NCBI GenBank assembly: GCA_963824495.1
Contig: CAWGPQ010000006.1
Location: 64,001 to 128,000 of the forward strand
Reading direction: 5' to 3'
From: an uncultured bacterium
GTDB taxonomy: Bacteria > Babelota > Babeliae > Babelales > Babelaceae
Length of the DNA: 64,000 bases
Shown piece by piece: positions 29,695-41,361 of the stretch. Every line of letters starts with the position of its first letter. The stretch's first letter is position 1. Both the position numbers and the translations under genes were made by a program. The notes under the pieces are model-generated. The model did not search any database. It worked only from the letters and a program-made list of their open reading frames with translations, and was not told the origin of the DNA.

Positions 29695-30153
29695 TTGAAT
29701 TTGGTTGTTAAAATGCTTTATATGCATATATTTTTTATTGGTTTATCTCTCGTGGGGATGGCACTGCCAAATCAAGCATTAATAGATCGTGTTATGAACG
29801 AGAGAAAGCTTGAAGAAGCTTCACCTGCGCTGCAAGCTCTTGCTCAAGAGGTACTATCTGCTTGTGGTATTACTGAGCCTGTTGTGATTTTAGAAGACCC
29901 CGCTATGCCTAGAGATGTTGATGGCTTGAGCTTTAGGCGGGAGGGACAGCCTTTTATGGTATTCCCGCCAACGCCAGAGCTCACTGAAGATATAGCCCGG
30001 GGAAGAACGTGGGTTGCCTATCATGAGACAGGCCATATATATTACAATCACGCTGGTCTTACTAAACCTCTCGCTCAACGTATGATATACGGAGGCTTAG
30101 CGATAGGGACAGTGTATTTTTGTTTTTCTCTATTGTTAAGGCAATCTTATTGA
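29695..30153 (+). CDS. Exported HExxH metallopeptidase-like protein, probably truncated
   Basis: AGGAGG RBS with TTG start; AYHETGH; no downstream E..AD third-ligand motif before the stop. Confidence 0.55.
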   Translation: MNLVVKMLYMHIFFIGLSLVGMALPNQALIDRVMNERKLEEASPALQALAQEVLSACGITEPVVILEDPAMPRDVDGLSFRREGQPFMVFPPTPELTEDIARGRTWVAYHETGHIYYNHAGLTKPLAQRMIYGGLAIGTVYFCFSLLLRQSY

Positions 30154-30235
30154 TGATGGGTGTACCACATGCAACACCGCAAGAGCAATCAGCATATCTG
30201 AGGGATTGCCTAAGTAAGCATGAAATTAAAGATAG

Positions 30236-30967
30236 TTAAGTAATTTCTTGGCGCTTTTTACCCTGGACAAACTGTTGTATACGTGGATAACGATCGGGGT
30301 GAGCCCAGAAGTCTTTTGATTCAGCGGTTTCAACGATAGTGCCATGACCCATAAGATAGATGGTACATGGTAATTGCTCAATAAGCTTTGTATCATGTGA
30401 TGCTACAAGCACGATATACTTTTCGCGGGCAAGTTCTTCAATAGATTGCGCTACATAGGAAGTTAAAAGAGGATCAAGCGCTGAAGTCGGTTCATCCATA
30501 CAAATAACCTTTGGCTTAAGAGCAAGGGTGCGTGCAATGGCAAGTCGTTGCTTTTGGCCACCGGAAAGTTGTGATGCGTACACTTTGGCTTTATCTTCAA
30601 GATGATATTTTTTAAGAAGCTGATGAGCCTGCTGATGTGCAGTATGGGGGCTCAGGCCCATAGCTTTTTCAAGAGGAAATGTAATATTCTGCTCGACGGT
30701 CATATGCTCAAACAGATTAAACTGCTGAAATACCATGCCTATAGTATGCGTAGTGGTAATAGCTTGTAAATTAAGTTCTTTGTTATCAAGCGTTACCGTA
30801 CCGCTATCAGGAGTTTCTAAGCCATTAAGAACACGCAAGAGTGTTGATTTGCCCACACCTGACGGCCCTAAGAGCACCGCTATATGTCCCTGTCCTACAG
30901 CAAGAGATATGTTATGCAAAATATACGTGCTGTTAAATTTTTTAGAAAGATTGGTTATGCTGAGCAT
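30236..30967 (-). CDS. Polar amino-acid ABC transporter ATP-binding protein (GlnQ-like)
   Basis: GPSGVGKS, VFQQFNLF, LSGGQKQR, DEPTSALDP. Confidence 0.93.
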   Translation of the reverse strand: MLSITNLSKKFNSTYILHNISLAVGQGHIAVLLGPSGVGKSTLLRVLNGLETPDSGTVTLDNKELNLQAITTTHTIGMVFQQFNLFEHMTVEQNITFPLEKAMGLSPHTAHQQAHQLLKKYHLEDKAKVYASQLSGGQKQRLAIARTLALKPKVICMDEPTSALDPLLTSYVAQSIEELAREKYIVLVASHDTKLIEQLPCTIYLMGHGTIVETAESKDFWAHPDRYPRIQQFVQGKKRQEIT

Positions 30968-31613
30968 GACGGTTAAGTCGCTTTTCGAGTAATGTGACGC
31001 CATATGATAACGGTGTTGTCATAAGTAAATAGAGTGCTGCAACAGCACAGTAGACAGTAAGCGCATCATAGGTAACACTAATTATAGTTTGACCCTCTTT
31101 GTAGAGTTCCACTACGCCAATCCATGAGGCTAAGCTTGAGTCTTTGATGAGCGTTATCGCTTCGTTGCCCAATGCTGGAACTACCACCCTAAACGCTTGA
31201 GGTAGGACTATATAGCGCATCAGATCCCACTGGTTAATACCCAGCGTTCGTGCAGCCTCAATTTGACCTTTGCTTACCGAGCTAATACCAGCTCGTATTA
31301 TTTGGCTTATATAAGCACCACTATTAAGGCCTATAGCAAGTACTGCTGCCATAAATGTCGATAAGTGAAGGCCGCTTAATGAAAGTACATAATACAGAAA
31401 AACGATCTGTATAAGCATGGGGGTTCCCCGTATTACTGCAGTATAAGCAGTAATAATAGACCGTACCAGAGAATTCTTGCCGCTTTGCAGTACCCCCAAA
31501 AGTGTTCCACTAACAAAACCAAGTGCTAACGATAATCCCGCTATTTTTAGACTTACCAGTGCGCCATGGAGGAGCTGTGGTAGTGATGCTGAAATGAGCT
31601 CGAAATTAATCAT
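30942..31613 (-). CDS. Polar amino-acid ABC transporter permease
   Basis: RGTPMLIQ, AYISQIIRAGI, GQIEAARTLG, LIKDSSL. Confidence 0.93.
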   Translation of the reverse strand: MINFELISASLPQLLHGALVSLKIAGLSLALGFVSGTLLGVLQSGKNSLVRSIITAYTAVIRGTPMLIQIVFLYYVLSLSGLHLSTFMAAVLAIGLNSGAYISQIIRAGISSVSKGQIEAARTLGINQWDLMRYIVLPQAFRVVVPALGNEAITLIKDSSLASWIGVVELYKEGQTIISVTYDALTVYCAVAALYLLMTTPLSYGVTLLEKRLNRHAQHNQSF

Positions 31614-32374
31614 ATGACATGCCACTTTTCCTTAAGTGAAGCAAGGGTACCATCAGATACAAGCTGTGTAATAATCTGATCGATGTGCTGTGCAAGCTCT
31701 GGATAGCGGCGCGAGATTGCTAGAGCAGTGCTTTCTTGCGTACCATCAATAGTAAACGTATTGAATGCTGCTTTACTATAGTGTTCAAAGAATGGCTTAA
31801 TAGTATTGGATGCCGTAACAAAAGCATAAGCCCGTCCACTGGTAAGAGCAAGAAGAGCGTCAGCAACGCTTGGCAAGCGCTTAAGTAGGGGACCCTGACG
31901 CCCCGACATATAGCTGTCAGCCGTATAGCCCTGATTGACTATTACTTCTTTGCCATCAAGATCGCTTATATTCATAAGAGGCGGATTTTGTGCTTGGGTA
32001 AGCACTATCAGCGAATCACCGGAAAGATAAGGTTGGGAGAAAAATACACGTTCGGCACGTACCGGTGTCGGTGTCATACCTGCAGCAACTACATGAACTG
32101 AGCCAAGCTGAAGTTGAGGGATAAGCAGCTCAAAAGGCATATCGCGTAACTCCATAGTTTTGCCCAAGCGCTTACATACTTCTCTAACAAGATCTATATC
32201 AAAGCCAACAATAGCACCATCTTGTTTAAAAGAAAACGGTTTAAAGTCAGCACTTGTGCCTACAATAATGGTATTAGAGTTAGAAAGCGTGTCTCTCTTC
32301 TTGTCACTTTTAAGCCAAGAATAGGCAAGAAAAGCTAGGACTATAGCTATAATGGTAAAAAATAACTTTTTCAT
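31610..32374 (-). CDS. Polar amino-acid ABC transporter substrate-binding protein
   Basis: VGTSADFKPF, GFDIDL, AGMTPT..R..FSQPY. Confidence 0.92.
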   Translation of the reverse strand: MKKLFFTIIAIVLAFLAYSWLKSDKKRDTLSNSNTIIVGTSADFKPFSFKQDGAIVGFDIDLVREVCKRLGKTMELRDMPFELLIPQLQLGSVHVVAAGMTPTPVRAERVFFSQPYLSGDSLIVLTQAQNPPLMNISDLDGKEVIVNQGYTADSYMSGRQGPLLKRLPSVADALLALTSGRAYAFVTASNTIKPFFEHYSKAAFNTFTIDGTQESTALAISRRYPELAQHIDQIITQLVSDGTLASLKEKWHVI

Positions 32375-32458
32375 GGGAACATCCTAAAGTTTATATCAGT
32401 TCTAATATTAGGATAGCACATTCTTGAGAGAGTTTGAATTCTTGCTCTCGATCAACCC

Positions 32459-34066
32459 TCAGAAAAGCTCGTTTATAACCTGTGCTATAGGTCTGGTTTC
32501 TTGCAGGGGCTGCATAGCACGATAGAACTCTTCGTCATAACTGCGGGTTTCAAGAACTATGGGCATAGGTGTTGCGTGGCCCACTACAAGCACTTGTTTT
32601 TTGCTATCAAGTGATCCAAGAATAGTTTTAAGTGCTGGTGCGTTATTAACACCAGTGAGCACAGCCTGAATATCTTTTTCATCACTTAGTTGGGCGATTA
32701 TTTTAGTTCCAATTTGGGAAATAATCTCTGGGTCGATACTTGATGGTCGTTGGTCAATCACAAGCAGCGATACGTAGTATTTACGCATTTCACGTGCAAT
32801 AGTACCAAAAATAGTTTGCCGGGCCGCTTGAATATTTAAAAATTTATGAGCTTCTTCTATAACGATCATAAGCTTTTGAGGCTCATCTTGTCTGGATTGT
32901 GATCCAAGAAATTGCTCAGTTTTTTGAATATATGCTGCATGGATACGGCGGGTGATAATATTGGCAATAAGTAAGTAGCAAAATGTTGATGTATGATTAC
33001 CAAATTCAATAACAATAGAGATGCCATGATTAATATACTCAAGCATATGATCTATGGAATCTAGACCAGAACTTACCACTGTTGGTTTAAGAAATGAAAA
33101 TCGTTCTATAGGCTTAAGCTTTCGGTAGAGTGCTGCCAATGATTCGGGATGTGCTCCAAGCTCATGTGCTCGTTCTTTAAGTTGATCACCGCTTTGCAAA
33201 AGTACAGCAAGCCAGTCTTTTTTATATTTTGCTGCAAGCAGATAAGCTACTTCGCATGCCGTTGCATGTAAATTAAGCTCATAATGTAACGAGATAATAT
33301 CTTCTACCGCAATAGATTGATAAGCAAGCGTAAGTTCAACGTCAGGATGGCCACCACGCTTGCGGGTAGACTGTGGATCAAGTGAAAAAATAGCAACTTT
33401 ATCACAAAAGAGCGTCTTAAGACCCTTAACAAAACCACCTGCACCTTCTTTACGTGCCTGTAAACCATACTCTCCATGCATATCAAAAATCAGGGTTACC
33501 GCTGCATTGCTCTTAAGAAGCCCTGCGAGCACAAGGCGTGTTAAAAATGTTTTACCAGTGCCTGTTTTGCCAAAGATACCATTGCTACGCTCAGTAAGCT
33601 TATCCAGATCAAGGCAGACTGGCGTATCCATATCCAAAGGGTAGCCCAGCGTAAAATAACGTCTGCTTGTATCGCGCTCATCACCAAAAATACGTGCGAC
33701 GTCTTCTCTTTCTACTTCGTAAACAGGAGCAAAGTGGGGAGGTAGGGCTTTAACGGGTGCTGGCTTGCCATACTGTGTGAGCATGAGTAAGGGACGGATT
33801 AGTGCAGTAGCATACATATCATTAAGCTTAAGAATATCTTGTAGAAAATACTCATGTGCTGTTGGTGGAAAAAGGGTAATATCTGGGTGGGTCACTTCAA
33901 GTTTAAGATCCGTAATAAGCGAAAAGAACGTATGCTGATGACCAGCAATAGACACAAACTTGCCAGCCTTTAACGATTCTGGTTGGGTATCAGCGTGAAT
34001 GCGCATAAGAAATCCTTCAGAAAGAGAGCCAGTAATAAGCGTACCCAATAACTTTCTTATACCCAT
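32459..34066 (-). CDS. HerA/DUF87-like ATPase
   Basis: N-terminal HAS-barrel-like region, GKTGTGKT, IFDMHGEY, IEEAHKF, IAREMRKY, DQRPS. Confidence 0.85.
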   Translation of the reverse strand: MGIRKLLGTLITGSLSEGFLMRIHADTQPESLKAGKFVSIAGHQHTFFSLITDLKLEVTHPDITLFPPTAHEYFLQDILKLNDMYATALIRPLLMLTQYGKPAPVKALPPHFAPVYEVEREDVARIFGDERDTSRRYFTLGYPLDMDTPVCLDLDKLTERSNGIFGKTGTGKTFLTRLVLAGLLKSNAAVTLIFDMHGEYGLQARKEGAGGFVKGLKTLFCDKVAIFSLDPQSTRKRGGHPDVELTLAYQSIAVEDIISLHYELNLHATACEVAYLLAAKYKKDWLAVLLQSGDQLKERAHELGAHPESLAALYRKLKPIERFSFLKPTVVSSGLDSIDHMLEYINHGISIVIEFGNHTSTFCYLLIANIITRRIHAAYIQKTEQFLGSQSRQDEPQKLMIVIEEAHKFLNIQAARQTIFGTIAREMRKYYVSLLVIDQRPSSIDPEIISQIGTKIIAQLSDEKDIQAVLTGVNNAPALKTILGSLDSKKQVLVVGHATPMPIVLETRSYDEEFYRAMQPLQETRPIAQVINELF

Positions 34067-34075
34067 ATCGTATAC

Positions 34076-34324
34076 CTATAGTGTTACATCACTTATAATT
34101 AAAAGCGCAGAAGTACGCTGTACATGCAGTATAGCATCAGTAGGTATAAAAGATTCAGTTTTATCTCCTGGCATGCCAAAGGTGAATGGCTTGTTTGGTG
34201 ACAATATAAGTATAGTTGGCGCATGACCCTCTTGAATAACCATATTTCCGGTTGAAGTTTCGACTTCTATCCAATCAACCGAGAGCGATCGTTGGCTCGT
34301 TGGGCTTATAATAGAAAGTTTCAT
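34076..34324 (-). CDS. atpC: F1 ATP synthase epsilon subunit (beta-sandwich only)
   Basis: LSIISP...G.MVIQEGHAP; directly after atpD. Confidence 0.85.
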   Translation of the reverse strand: MKLSIISPTSQRSLSVDWIEVETSTGNMVIQEGHAPTILILSPNKPFTFGMPGDKTESFIPTDAILHVQRTSALLIISDVTL

Positions 34325-34328
34325 AGTG

Positions 34329-35846
<1,518 letters not shown>

Positions 35847-36005
35847 TCAGGCGACAAATTTTAAGCCACTAAGTTCCATCAAGCTGTTTTATTAACAATT
35901 ATAGAATAAGATAAGAATATATGCAAAATTTAGTAATCTTAGTAGTCTATGAGAATTTAAGAGGATATGGCTCGTATGCATATCCTCTAGTGGTTAAGAG
36001 ATAAT

Positions 36006-38372
36006 TTAGGTACGCGCGTCTTTTTTATCGATAGGGGCCATTAAAACGTGATTGAGTATTTCATCGGCATGATCAACCCAAATGACATCAATATCGTTCA
36101 GGATATCTTCAAACCCTACAAGATCTTGCTTATTTTTTTGGGGTAAAATTATATGCGGTACGTTATTGCGTTTAGCAGCTAATATTTTTTCTTTTACGCC
36201 GCCAATTGGCATAACATTGCCTCGCAAATTAAGTTCACCCGTCATAGCGTAGGCACCGTCGATTGGGCGTTGGGTATAGGCAGAGAGAATTGACGACAAG
36301 AGCGTAACACCTGCCGATGGGCCATCTTTGGGTATAGCTGCCGCAGGAACATGCACGTGCAGGTCATATTGAACAAATGTCTTAGATGGTATACCAAATT
36401 CCTGTGCATGAGCGCGAACATAGCTGAGTGCCGCCTGGGCTGACTCTTTCATAACAGCGCCAAGCTGACCGGTTAAGATAAGCCTTCCCCTGCCTGGAAG
36501 AATAACCGCTTCGATTTTGATCATTTCACCACCGTAAGCAGTCCATGCAAGACCATTGGTAATGCCCACTTGGCTTTCACGGTCAGTATCATGCTGAAGG
36601 TGTCGTCGAGGGCCAAGATATTTTTCAAGATCAGTTGAAGCAAATTCAAGAAGGCGTTTTTCTTCTACAAGCGTACGAGTAGCCTTTGAACAAAGTTTTC
36701 TAATAAGCCGTTCAAGTTCACGTACCCCCGATTCACGGGTATAGTGATCTATTATATCGTTAATAACATCGTCATGTAATGAAAGGGGGTGCTGCTCGAG
36801 TCCTGTGTCTACGAGTGCTTTAGGGATAAGGTGTCGTCGGGCGATCTGGAGTTTCTCTTGAATGGTATAGCCAGAAAGCTGGATAATTTCCATACGGTCA
36901 CGTAATGGCTCAGATAGATGATCGATGGTGTTAGCTGTAGCGATAAAAATTACTTTCGATAAATCAAACGGTACACCTAAATAGTTATCATAAAAACTTT
37001 TATTTTGATGCGGATCAAGTACTTCAAGCATTGCTGCTGAAGGGTCACCTCTAAAATCAGCACCGATCTTGTCAAGCTCGTCAATAATAATCACCGGGTT
37101 AAGCGACCCTGCTTTACGAATGCCCTGTATAAATCTGCCTGGCATTGCGCCAACATAGGTTCTTCTATGCCCTCGAATTTCGGCTTCGTCTTTAACTCCT
37201 CCGAGGGATATCCTAAAGTATTGCCGATTGAGGCTTCTGGCAATAGATTTACCCAGTGACGTTTTTCCTGTTCCCGGCGGCCCCGCAAAACATAATATCG
37301 GCGCATTGCCATTTTGCTTGAGTGTTCGTATAGATATAAAATCAAGTATCCGTTCTTTAATATCTTTCAGACCGTAATGCTCTTCATCAAGAATAGCTTT
37401 TGCATGCTCTAAATTAAGATTATCAACGGTTTCTTTGCCCCAGGGCAGTGCCAATACCCAATCAAGATAGTTACGCAATACTGCTGCTTCCATAGAATCA
37501 GGTGTTGTCTTTTCTAACCGATTAATTTGGCGATTTACTTCATTGCGTGCTTCTTCACTCAAAGGGAGCTCGATAGCGCGCATTCTTAGTTTATCAACAT
37601 CTTCATTGTCATCTTCGCCTAATTCTTTCTTGATGGCTTTAAGCTGCTCGCGCAAATAAAACTCTTTCTGGGATTTATTCATAGAGTCACGTGCACGATT
37701 TTTGATACGTTCTTGAACTTCGGCAACCTCTACTTCTTTCGATAGCTGTTTATAAAGTCCCTCAAGAAACTCTGTATATGTTACGAGCTCAAGAAGTCCT
37801 TGGGCTTGATCGACAGAAAGGGTAAGATGAGAGAGTATAAAATCAGCAATTTTTTCTGGATCTTGCATTTTTGATAATATCAGGTGGAAATCGGGGCTCA
37901 GTGATTGGCCAGAGCTCGACATTTTTTCAGCGATGTGCTTAATGTTCTTGATTTGTGCCGCAAGCTCAGTGGAATCCATTTCAGGCTGAAAGTCTACCTT
38001 TGACGCCGCTGCATTAAGAATATCTTCTTCAGCAATAATAGTATGTACCTGGGCTTTGTAAAGCCCTTGAACAAGAATCTTAATGCCCCCTTCAGGAATC
38101 TTGATCAGTCTCATGATTGAAGCAACGGTACCCATCTTGTACAAGTCTTTGGTGCCAATAGCTCCTTGATGGCCGGATGTCTGCTTCTTAGAGGCCAGCA
38201 GGAGAACCGTCTTCGATTCATCTTGTAGTGCTTTGTTGATTCCCTTGATAATTCGTTCATCAAGTACCAGTAATGGTACTATCATATTAGGAAATACTAC
38301 GACATCCATAGTCGGAATTATCGGGAGTATTTCTGGTAGCGTCTCAGGCGCGGATCGTGTAAGTGTCTTCAT
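36006..38372 (-). CDS. lon: ATP-dependent Lon protease
   Basis: Lon N-domain, GPPGTGKTS, RGHRRTYVGAMPG, PKDGPSAG, IGGVKEK. Confidence 0.97.
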   Translation of the reverse strand: MKTLTRSAPETLPEILPIIPTMDVVVFPNMIVPLLVLDERIIKGINKALQDESKTVLLLASKKQTSGHQGAIGTKDLYKMGTVASIMRLIKIPEGGIKILVQGLYKAQVHTIIAEEDILNAAASKVDFQPEMDSTELAAQIKNIKHIAEKMSSSGQSLSPDFHLILSKMQDPEKIADFILSHLTLSVDQAQGLLELVTYTEFLEGLYKQLSKEVEVAEVQERIKNRARDSMNKSQKEFYLREQLKAIKKELGEDDNEDVDKLRMRAIELPLSEEARNEVNRQINRLEKTTPDSMEAAVLRNYLDWVLALPWGKETVDNLNLEHAKAILDEEHYGLKDIKERILDFISIRTLKQNGNAPILCFAGPPGTGKTSLGKSIARSLNRQYFRISLGGVKDEAEIRGHRRTYVGAMPGRFIQGIRKAGSLNPVIIIDELDKIGADFRGDPSAAMLEVLDPHQNKSFYDNYLGVPFDLSKVIFIATANTIDHLSEPLRDRMEIIQLSGYTIQEKLQIARRHLIPKALVDTGLEQHPLSLHDDVINDIIDHYTRESGVRELERLIRKLCSKATRTLVEEKRLLEFASTDLEKYLGPRRHLQHDTDRESQVGITNGLAWTAYGGEMIKIEAVILPGRGRLILTGQLGAVMKESAQAALSYVRAHAQEFGIPSKTFVQYDLHVHVPAAAIPKDGPSAGVTLLSSILSAYTQRPIDGAYAMTGELNLRGNVMPIGGVKEKILAAKRNNVPHIILPQKNKQDLVGFEDILNDIDVIWVDHADEILNHVLMAPIDKKDART

Positions 38373-38507
38373 TATCACCCCCCCTTTTGAACCTAACCGC
38401 TTGGTTTTATTATATCCCTATACAATAGTCTACCCAAGGTATCTTTCGTTAGACAATACTTTGGTTCTAGGGTGCTTAAATACAGGGTACACTGCGATAC
38501 CAAAGAC

Positions 38508-38540
38508 AAAAAAAGGGCCTGGCGTATGCCAAGCCCTTTT
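38508..38540 (-). terminator. Rho-independent terminator
   Basis: Minus strand AAAAGGGCTTGGC-ATAC-GCCAGGCCC-TTTTTTT after the 38573 stop. Confidence 0.8.
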
Positions 38541-38572
38541 GATCAAGCTTTCTTGATTATGATAGCTAGGGA

Positions 38573-41158
38573 TTACTTTTCTTTCCGGAGTAATCTACTT
38601 ACGGTTGATTCGCCAGCCACAACCGAAACCGTACTATTGGTACTTGCTATAGGTATATATGTCTGATTTACCTGGCTGCCTTCAAGTATAGTCGCATCAT
38701 GTGACATGTTTGGCAACAAATCCTGAGTTTTATTGCTTGGCACAGGATAAAAGCTTGTATCAATCTTGTGTGCAGGTTTAGGCTGCAGCTTTGTATCCTT
38801 CTTCTCTTTGTACATTTTAACAAGATGATCATTGCCAATCAATGCACCCATACCAGTCACAACCCCTACAGTGGCCAAACTAAGCAGTTTAGACAAAACA
38901 GGATGATCGCCTGAGCTCGGTGCTTCAGGTAGGTACCTAGGTTCTTGGTTGATTAAAGACGTTCTGACAAGGTCATACATGTTATTATCATCTGTATTTA
39001 TTATATGTTCGTACGGCGTTCCATCATGCATAAGTTTGACTTTTATGTATTTTGCTGACTTTACGGAATCTAAAAAGGAATCATTATTGATACTGATGAT
39101 AATTTGTCTAACTAAGTCAATTATTTGGGCTTCAGTAAACTTGGTCGAGGTGGTATAGTTACTCGCATTATGGGTTATGCTGGATGATGAAATCTCATTA
39201 TCGTTGACATCAAGGAGAACAATTGTCGTGATAGTAAAATTTGAGCCAGAATGTTGATCAACTTCTTTAGGTAGCTTATCAGATTTTTCATTAGCGGAAG
39301 TAATATCGCCTTCTTTATCAGCGGATGAATCTTCTTCTTCGTCTGACTCTGCTTCAGTGCCGGAAGAGCTACCTGAAGCGCTTCCGGCATCACTATGCTC
39401 TTCTTCTTCGTCTGAGCTTGACTCTTTATCATCACCAGGGGAGTTTGAGGTTGACCGCGTAGCATTTGCTATCAAGCGCTTGTATGAGGGCATATATTGA
39501 TCGTCGGTAGCTTTGTAGACAAAGCCATCCTGTACATCGGAGTTGTTATCATTAAGTTCGTATACATCTATTGGCTTGTAATCATCTGGCTTGCAATCAT
39601 CAGCAGAGTATACGGCAAGTGCGGCTGGTGCAGCTGTTAAAGCTTTACTTTCCATTAATTCTTTGAAGCAGCTAGAAAATACAGTTAGTTCACCTGGCTG
39701 ATCCAAAGAGCCTTTTTTGATCTTAATTGGTTGAAGGCCGAACACTGATTTACCGTTTACAAGTGGCACAACAATAAGATTAGGTTCTTCTTCTTTTTCG
39801 CTTACTTTTAAGCTAGTTGAGGTAGAAGTAGCCGAGCTGCCTTCTTGATTATCTTCAGTTACACGTTCAAAAATAGGGCCGTCATGAAGCTGTTGATCAG
39901 TAAGCTGATATTTTCCCCTCAAGTTATCTTTAGTATCATATACCATGATACTATCGAATTCGTTGGTCCTACTTTGATATTCCTGAAGATCTATAACTAA
40001 TTCATTATCCAAGCTGCTCTTAATGGTGGTTTCGATCGAATTTATTTGTTTTCCATCTTTTAATAAGATAACACGTATAACATCTTGCGGTGAAGGCCGA
40101 GTTGTCGACGCTGTGTCTTCTTCTTCCTCTTCACTGCTGTGATCACTGTCACTGTCACTAGACACATCTTCAGAGCTGCTATTTTCACTATCAGTATCTT
40201 TATTCAAATCGTATACGTCTATGGTTTCCCCAGCTTGGTTTTTTACGTAAAAGCTATCGGGACGGTCTTCTGCGTTAAGATCTTTATCAAGTAAGGGCTC
40301 AAGTATGTCAGGACTAAAGCTTAATTCCTTGGTATCGTTATTAAGGCAATTAGCATTAGTATGGATTGGCTTGAAATTTTTTAGTATTTTTCCATCTTTG
40401 ACCGCAATAATGGTAATCGGATCATTCAAAGCAATCACTTCAGTAGGATTACCCTCACCAAGTGTTTGTAGTTTTTTGCTGGCCTGCATTAAGCCTTGAT
40501 AAGCAGCTTTAGCTTTAGTGGGTGTCGCATTGGGTGTTGGTATGGGTGTTGTGTTTGGCGTCGTTATAGGAGATGTATCAGGTAATTTTAAAGTATGTAA
40601 AATGCTAGAGATAGGGGGAGGGGTAGCAGTTTGTAATAGATTTTTAACTTGTTCAAACTCAGATCTAAGATTTTTAGGTGTTAACTGCTTCGAACCCGTT
40701 GGAACACTAGTTATATAAGCACTTGAACTTGGGGAGCTTGGGATAGGCTGTGTTTTAGATACTGGTGATTGGTAGCTTTGTTGCATGGTTCCTGATGGTA
40801 TTTTGCCTTGAGAGAGAAGGAAATGCAAAATAGCTTGTTCGCCATCAATTTCTATTTCTTCTACGTTTCTATTTATTGTTTTATTGCCTAAGCCAAGTTG
40901 AACCCGCACGAGATTGTTCTTAGGACAAGCAGCTTTTAATTGGTTTAATATATTTGTAGGTATGCATAAAGTAGAATCCGTGTACTGATTGTTACCTATA
41001 TTTACTGTACAGGTTGGTCCAAAAGTTCGTTGGTTAGTTTTGCTTACGGCAGTAATCGTAAGATATTGTTTCATATCCTCCATTGCTTGAGTACTGAAAT
41101 AGCTTATATTGCTAGCTAATATACTTAGCGATAAAACTTTGAAAATATTTTTAACCAT
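38573..41158 (-). CDS. Large exported protein: repeated small domains, Ser/Asp/Glu-rich linkers, C-terminal TM segment
   Basis: ATG 41158 after AAGGGA; signal ending STQA-M; repeats of the type I..V.DGK..PI....IDVY.LN; TM LLSLATVGVVTGMGALIG. Confidence 0.8.
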   Translation of the reverse strand: MVKNIFKVLSLSILASNISYFSTQAMEDMKQYLTITAVSKTNQRTFGPTCTVNIGNNQYTDSTLCIPTNILNQLKAACPKNNLVRVQLGLGNKTINRNVEEIEIDGEQAILHFLLSQGKIPSGTMQQSYQSPVSKTQPIPSSPSSSAYITSVPTGSKQLTPKNLRSEFEQVKNLLQTATPPPISSILHTLKLPDTSPITTPNTTPIPTPNATPTKAKAAYQGLMQASKKLQTLGEGNPTEVIALNDPITIIAVKDGKILKNFKPIHTNANCLNNDTKELSFSPDILEPLLDKDLNAEDRPDSFYVKNQAGETIDVYDLNKDTDSENSSSEDVSSDSDSDHSSEEEEEDTASTTRPSPQDVIRVILLKDGKQINSIETTIKSSLDNELVIDLQEYQSRTNEFDSIMVYDTKDNLRGKYQLTDQQLHDGPIFERVTEDNQEGSSATSTSTSLKVSEKEEEPNLIVVPLVNGKSVFGLQPIKIKKGSLDQPGELTVFSSCFKELMESKALTAAPAALAVYSADDCKPDDYKPIDVYELNDNNSDVQDGFVYKATDDQYMPSYKRLIANATRSTSNSPGDDKESSSDEEEEHSDAGSASGSSSGTEAESDEEEDSSADKEGDITSANEKSDKLPKEVDQHSGSNFTITTIVLLDVNDNEISSSSITHNASNYTTSTKFTEAQIIDLVRQIIISINNDSFLDSVKSAKYIKVKLMHDGTPYEHIINTDDNNMYDLVRTSLINQEPRYLPEAPSSGDHPVLSKLLSLATVGVVTGMGALIGNDHLVKMYKEKKDTKLQPKPAHKIDTSFYPVPSNKTQDLLPNMSHDATILEGSQVNQTYIPIASTNSTVSVVAGESTVSRLLRKEK

Positions 41159-41361
41159 AGACGTTCCCTTTGACTCACGGTAAAAGTAGGTGCTTGTGAA
41201 TTTAAAAATCAAATAATTTTTATTTTTATTTTGTGAACTAGCATTCTAATTTAGCATTAATGCACTTAAAAGTAAATTAAAGATTTTTTGCTTTATACTG
41301 CAGCTGAATAGTGGGCTTTAACGTGTTGTTTTTAAGTTATAACTTGTGTTTAAATCTGAGC